From the human T2T-CHM13v2.0 reference genome, Homo sapiens: a stretch of 64,000 nt of DNA. The DNA is taken from the NCBI RefSeq assembly GCF_009914755.1, contig NC_060926.1. The stretch is one strand, 5' to 3'. The notes beneath the pieces were generated by a model, which saw nothing but the letters and a program-made list of their open reading frames with translations, was not told where the DNA came from and searched no databases. Position 1 is the first letter of the stretch; every line of letters begins with the position of its first letter. Positions 57,980 through 64,000 of the stretch are shown here, piece after piece. Position numbers and translations under genes: made by a program.

Positions 57980-58345
57980 TGTATCAGTCAGGACACACTA
58001 GGGTATAACAAAGTAACAAATCGTACCATTGTTTCAGTGACTTATAAAAACAAAGGTATTTTTCTCATCCAGGTTACCTTTCCAACACAGTTTGACTGTG
58101 GGTCTGCTGCATGAAGGTTTCACTCTGGATCCACATGAACTAAACAGTCTCCATTTGCTATAGTCTCCATCATGGTAGCCAAAAGAAAAAAAAACATCTG
58201 ACAAAGAATAAAGTAGTTTGTAAAACTTCTTTGGCCAAAGAAAATCACATGGCCAAACTGATTCCATTGCGGAGGAAAGTATTAATATATTTTACCCAGG
58301 AGGATGAAGTGTTTATAATAAAAAGAAATACAACTTATCACACAT
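57980..58345 (-). mobile_element. MaLR MLT1J-like LTR
   Basis: tgtatcagtcaggacacactagg...aaatcacatggccaaactga. Confidence 0.6.
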
Positions 58346-58439
58346 CTTATCTTTGACATTTTCCTTGTTCTTTTCTGTTTTTATCTTCCCTTGTCTGACC
58401 TATCCTGAGTGCTCTTTCAAGTGGCCTAATCTTTACCTC

Positions 58440-61320
58440 TAACATCTTCTTCCATGACTTCTGAGGTTAAAAATCTTGCCATCTGCCTCTTTGTGCATCA
58501 TATTTGTTATTTCACAAATTACCAGGATACATGCTTTGTCCATTTTAAAATTAGCATATACACATTTTCCCATATTTTTATACTGGGTTCATATATTAAT
58601 TATATTTACACCTTGTCTATTATAAGCTTTTATGAGTTGTCGATTTCATTTTAAATTCATAAATACAATTTTATGGTATTTGGTTTTAGATTCACACAAT
58701 TTAAAAGAGCCCAAATAAGTCATTTTCTTGATGCTTCTCTTTGTTATTATATTAGAAAATACTCAAACTCAAGATGATAGAGGTATCTACTTATATTTTT
58801 TTCTAGTAATGTGTTGGTTTTATTTTTACATTCAAATCTCTCATCTGTTTAGAATTTTTTCTTTTCAAATTTTATTTTAGATAATGGGGTACATGTGCAG
58901 ATCTGTTACATGGGAATATTGCAGGATGCTGAGATTTGGGGTATAGATCCCATTACCCAAATAGTAAACATAGTATCTGATAGGTGTCTTTTTTAACCCA
59001 GCCTCACCCCCTTCCACCCTCTTGTAGTCCACAGTGTCTACTGTTTCCATATTTATGTCAATGCGTGCTCAATGCTTAGCTCCCACTTTTAACTGATAAC
59101 ATGCAGTATTTGGTTTTCTGTTCCTGTATTAATTTGCTTAAGATTATGGCTTTCAGCTCCATCCATGGTGCTGCAAAGGACGTGATTTCACTCTTTTTTA
59201 TGGCTGCATAGTGTTCCGCGGTATACATGTACCACATTTTCTTTATCCAGTCTATCATTGGTGGGCACCTGAGTTGATTCTACGTCTTTGCTATTTGAAT
59301 AGCACAGCAATAAACATACAAGTGCACGTGTCTTTTTGGCAGAATGATTTATTTTCATTTGGGTAAAGGGATTGCTGGGTCAAATAGTAGCTCTGTTTTA
59401 AGGTCTTTGAGAAATCTCCAGACTGCTTTCCACAGTGGCTGGACTAATTTACATTCCCATCAAGAGTATAAAAGTATTGCTTTTTCTCCACAACCTCACC
59501 AGCATCTGCTGGTTTTTTACTTTTCAGTAGCCATTTTGACTGGTGTGAGATGGTATCTCATTGTGGTTTTGATTTGCATTTCCTTGATAATTAGTGATAA
59601 TCAACTTTTTTTATGTGTTTGCTGGCCACTTGTATGTCTTCTTTTGAGAACTGTCTGTTCACATCCTTCACCCATGTTTTTAATGGGGTTATTTGGATTT
59701 TTTTTGCTAGTCAATTTCTTTAAGTTCCCTATAGGTTCTGGATATTAGGCCTTTGTCAGATGCATAGTTTACAAATATATTCTCCCAGTCTGTAGGTTGT
59801 CTGTTCGCTCTGTTGATAGTTTATTTTGCTGTACAGAAGCTCTTTAGTTTAATTAGATCCCACTCGTTTATTTTTGTTTTTGTTGCAATTGTTTTTGGAG
59901 ACTTAGCCAAAAAGTTATTTGCCATGGCCTGTGTCAAGAAGTGTATTTCCTGGGTTGCCTTCCATGACTTTTATAGACTTTTATAGGTCTTATTTTAAAT
60001 CTTTAATTCATTTTGGTTAATTTTTGTATATGGTGAAACATAGGAGTCTAGCTTCAATATTCTGCATATGGCTAGGCAGTTATCCCAGCACCACTCACTG
60101 AATAGAGAATCCTTTCCCCATTACTTGTTTTTATCGTCTTTGTCGAAGATCAGATGGTTGTAGGTGTGTGGCTTTGTTTCTCAGTTTTCTATTTTATTCC
60201 ATTGGTCCATGTGTCTGTTTTTGTACCCGTATCAAGCTGTTTGGGTACTGTGGTTTTATAGCATGGTTTGAAATTGGGTAGTGTGATTCCTTCAGCTTTG
60301 TTCTTTTTGCTTAGGATTGCTTTGGCTATTCAGGCTCTTTTTTGGTTCCATATAAATTTTAAAATAGTTTTTTCTAATTCCGTGAAGAATGATGTTGGTG
60401 ACTTGATAAGAATAGCATTGAATCTGTATCCAAAGATGCCAAGAAATTTAGTAAAAATGATTCAAGAGCTGAAATTTATTTTAACATATGTTATGAAGTA
60501 GAGATCTAATTTTATTTTTTAAAAATTGCAACTTTTTTATTCAATACTATCATCTGTTATTTTCCCACCAATTTGGTCCATATTCATCATAAAATAAATC
60601 CCAATATACACTTAAATATGGCCATGATTTTTACTTTATTTCACTAATATATCTATTCCTTCTGGTGCTGGTATTATTATGACTTTATAATACTTATCAA
60701 TATTTGATAGAACAAGTATCCTTAGCATTTAAAAAAATGTATTGTTCATACTGTGCTCTCATTCATTCAAAATAAGCTTTAGGATCATTTTATCTAGTCA
60801 CCAAATTGATCTACTTGATTTTTTATTATGAATTAATTCAGTGTAGATTTGCTGATCATGGACAAATTTAAAATATTAAACCTCATATTTCAAAGTATAT
60901 CTAATTATTAATTTTTCCTTCAAGTCCTTTATAGTTGTCCTCTCATTGACTCTTTACATTCCTTATTAGCTTGCTTCTTACCCTAGGTGTTTTAGGTGTT
61001 TGTTGTATTTTGATCAAGCATTTTTGTAATTGTCTTTGTTGCTGCTGCTGATGTTTACTATTAAATATTCTAACAGGTTATTTCTTGCTTCTGATGTTGT
61101 TTACCATTGTATATTCTAACAGGTTATTTCTTGTATATAGGAAAGCTATTATATTTACACACTTACATTAACTCACTTAATAAGTTTTGTGATTTTTTTG
61201 GTGGATTCTGGGCTAGGTTTTCCAAATGGACAATCTTACAATCTGCAAATTATAATAATGCTTTTGAATATACTTTCTCAGTATTCACTCTTTTATTCTT
61301 ATTTCATTGGCTGTGATGTT
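58440..61320 (-). mobile_element. Old L1ME-like ORF2 relic split by the younger L1PA
   Basis: Collinear motifs both sides: tttacattcaaatctctcatctg | aatttattttaacatatgttatgaagtagagatctaatttt. Confidence 0.6.
58856..60429 (-). mobile_element. 5'-truncated L1PA15/16-like
   Basis: ggggtacatgtgcagatctgttacatgggaatattgcaggatgctgag 3' UTR; ORF2 C-terminus MIDWIKKMWYMYT. Confidence 0.93.
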
Positions 61321-61833
61321 TAAGAGGCATGTTAGCATGTTACACTCAATTCCCCATCCATTCAATGAGTTGCTAAATCTTGCCAACTGTGGCTCTACAA
61401 TATCTCTCTCCTATTTTGTATGTCTGCTCTAATTCTGTCACTCATCAAAACTAACTGATCTTTATGATTCATAAAGATTTCCCTGTCTGGGGAGAATTCA
61501 TTGACGGCAGGCCACACTCCAGGAAATGTTAAAGGAAATTCTTTGGGCAGAAAAGAAAAAAATGACACCTGAAGGAAATTTTTGTATCTTCCCAGAGAAA
61601 CAAAGATTACTCAAAATGGTAAATGTGTAGGATACTGTAAAATAATATTTAAAGATAAAACATTCTACATATATAGAAATAAAATGTATAATAATAATAA
61701 TGGCACAAAAAATGGAGGGAAAAAATGAAAGTGTACTGTTTCAAGGCTCTTATACTATACGCAATGAGGAATAATGTTATTTGCAGGTAGACTAAGTGGT
61801 AATCCTAAAGGTGCCCATGATAAAACTTAACAG

Positions 61834-62650
61834 CAGTGGTATTCCAGTAGAAAGCCTTTAGTCTAAAATTGAGGATTCTAAAGAGCTTGTTTACATGGGT
61901 TCTATCTGTTAGTATTTATCATATTATAAACTAATTTTTAAATAAGTTTTTAAGTGTTAATATATTCTTAGTTTGTTTGGGATACCATAACAAAATACTG
62001 TAAACTGAGTAGCTTATAAGCAATATAAATTTATTTTTCACAGCTCTGGAAGCTGGGAAGTCTAAAACCAAGGCATTGGTAGATTCAGTGTCTGATGATG
62101 AACTGCTTTCTTGTTCATAGACAGCGCCTTCTAGCTGTGTCCTTAGAAGGCAGAAAGGCTGAGGGGTTTCCTTTGGGACTCTTTTAAAAGGGCACTAAGC
62201 CTATTCATGAGGGCTCTGCTCTCATGACCTATCACCCCCAAAGGGCCCCAACTCCTAATACCATCAGTTTTAGAATTAGGATTTCAACATATAAATTTTG
62301 GAGGAACACAAACATTCAGACTATAGCAAAATTCAATATATGACAACACACAAATATCATATAATGAGAAATTACTATATGTAGCAGAAATGGTTTAAAC
62401 TGTCATTATTTTATATTTTGCAAATTTCCTTAATGTTGGCCTAAGAAAAGACAGCTAAATTCCCATATCTGCATTCATCTGTAATCTGTTTTAACATAAC
62501 ATGACATAATGGCGTGTTGAAACCCTCATTGTATGTTTGTGACAACAAGAGATGTAAAACTGCAAATAACTCATAGTATTACTGTGAAAATAGCTTTGAC
62601 CTCACAGATTCCTTAACATGGCTCAAAGAACCACAAGATTCTCTGCCCAA
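61834..62650. mobile_element. hAT-Charlie DNA transposon (Charlie4a/MER80-like)
   Basis: attgaggattctaaagagcttgttt; gtattactgtgaaaatagctttgacctcacaga. Confidence 0.65.
61962..62328 (-). mobile_element. MaLR solo LTR, MLT1A0-like, nested in the Charlie element
   Basis: ccataacaaaatactgtaaactgagtagcttata...acacaaacattcagactatagca. Confidence 0.88.
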
Positions 62651-63072
62651 GAGCCAAAGCAAAAGAAATAAAACAAAGAGGTATAGCAATAAGAAACAAG
62701 TGAGAATAAAATGTAATACTAAAAATCACTTACTGCAAAGAAAAGGAAAACAGCAAAAAAGGAATGAATAAAGTACAGATTCAACAAATAGGAAACAAGT
62801 AGCCACATGGTAGACTTACACTATAATGGTACTTACATTAAACATAAATGGATAAAACATTAATGGGATACAGTTATCAGACTTTATCAAAAATTAAGAC
62901 CCAACTGTATGCTATCTAAAAGCAACTTCTTACAAAACATACAGACAGATAAATTACGTGTGAAAAGATGGAAAAAGATGAACCATGCAAACATGTTAAT
63001 CATAAGTAAAGTGGCTATTTTACTACCAGTAAAATGGACTTCAGAACAAAGAATATAACTTACCAGGAATAA

Positions 63073-63914
<842 letters not shown>

Positions 63915-64000
63915 ATTATCATTAACTATTTAAAAGAGCCAACTCTTCAAGAAGAAATAAAAATACGTAAATGTTTATGTACCTAAAATTAGAGCTTTAA

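Overview
AT-rich, repeat-dense primate genomic DNA. AluY and an L1PA2/3-like element point to a hominoid, probably human. The window looks intergenic or deep intronic: I see no CpG island, no recognisable protein-coding exon, no RNA gene and no CRISPR array. It holds 16 Alus, several L1s (three with twin-priming 5' inversions), MaLR and MER4 solo LTRs, hAT and Tigger DNA transposon fossils, L2/MIR relics and microsatellites. The only ORFs I can recognise are L1 ORF2p fragments and Alu translations; the rest match nothing I know. I found no convincing new gene system. The most unusual signal is four short non-tandem same-strand duplications (19-72 bp, 0.9-3.5 kb apart) that look like templated-insertion repair scars. 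Other leads are an AluY with an internal 17-bp triplication, a tandem Alu pair sharing a private variant, a Tigger-type element with a MIR-like core, and a few candidate enhancers. Repeat subfamily names come from remembered consensus sequences, and boundaries of old repeats are approximate.
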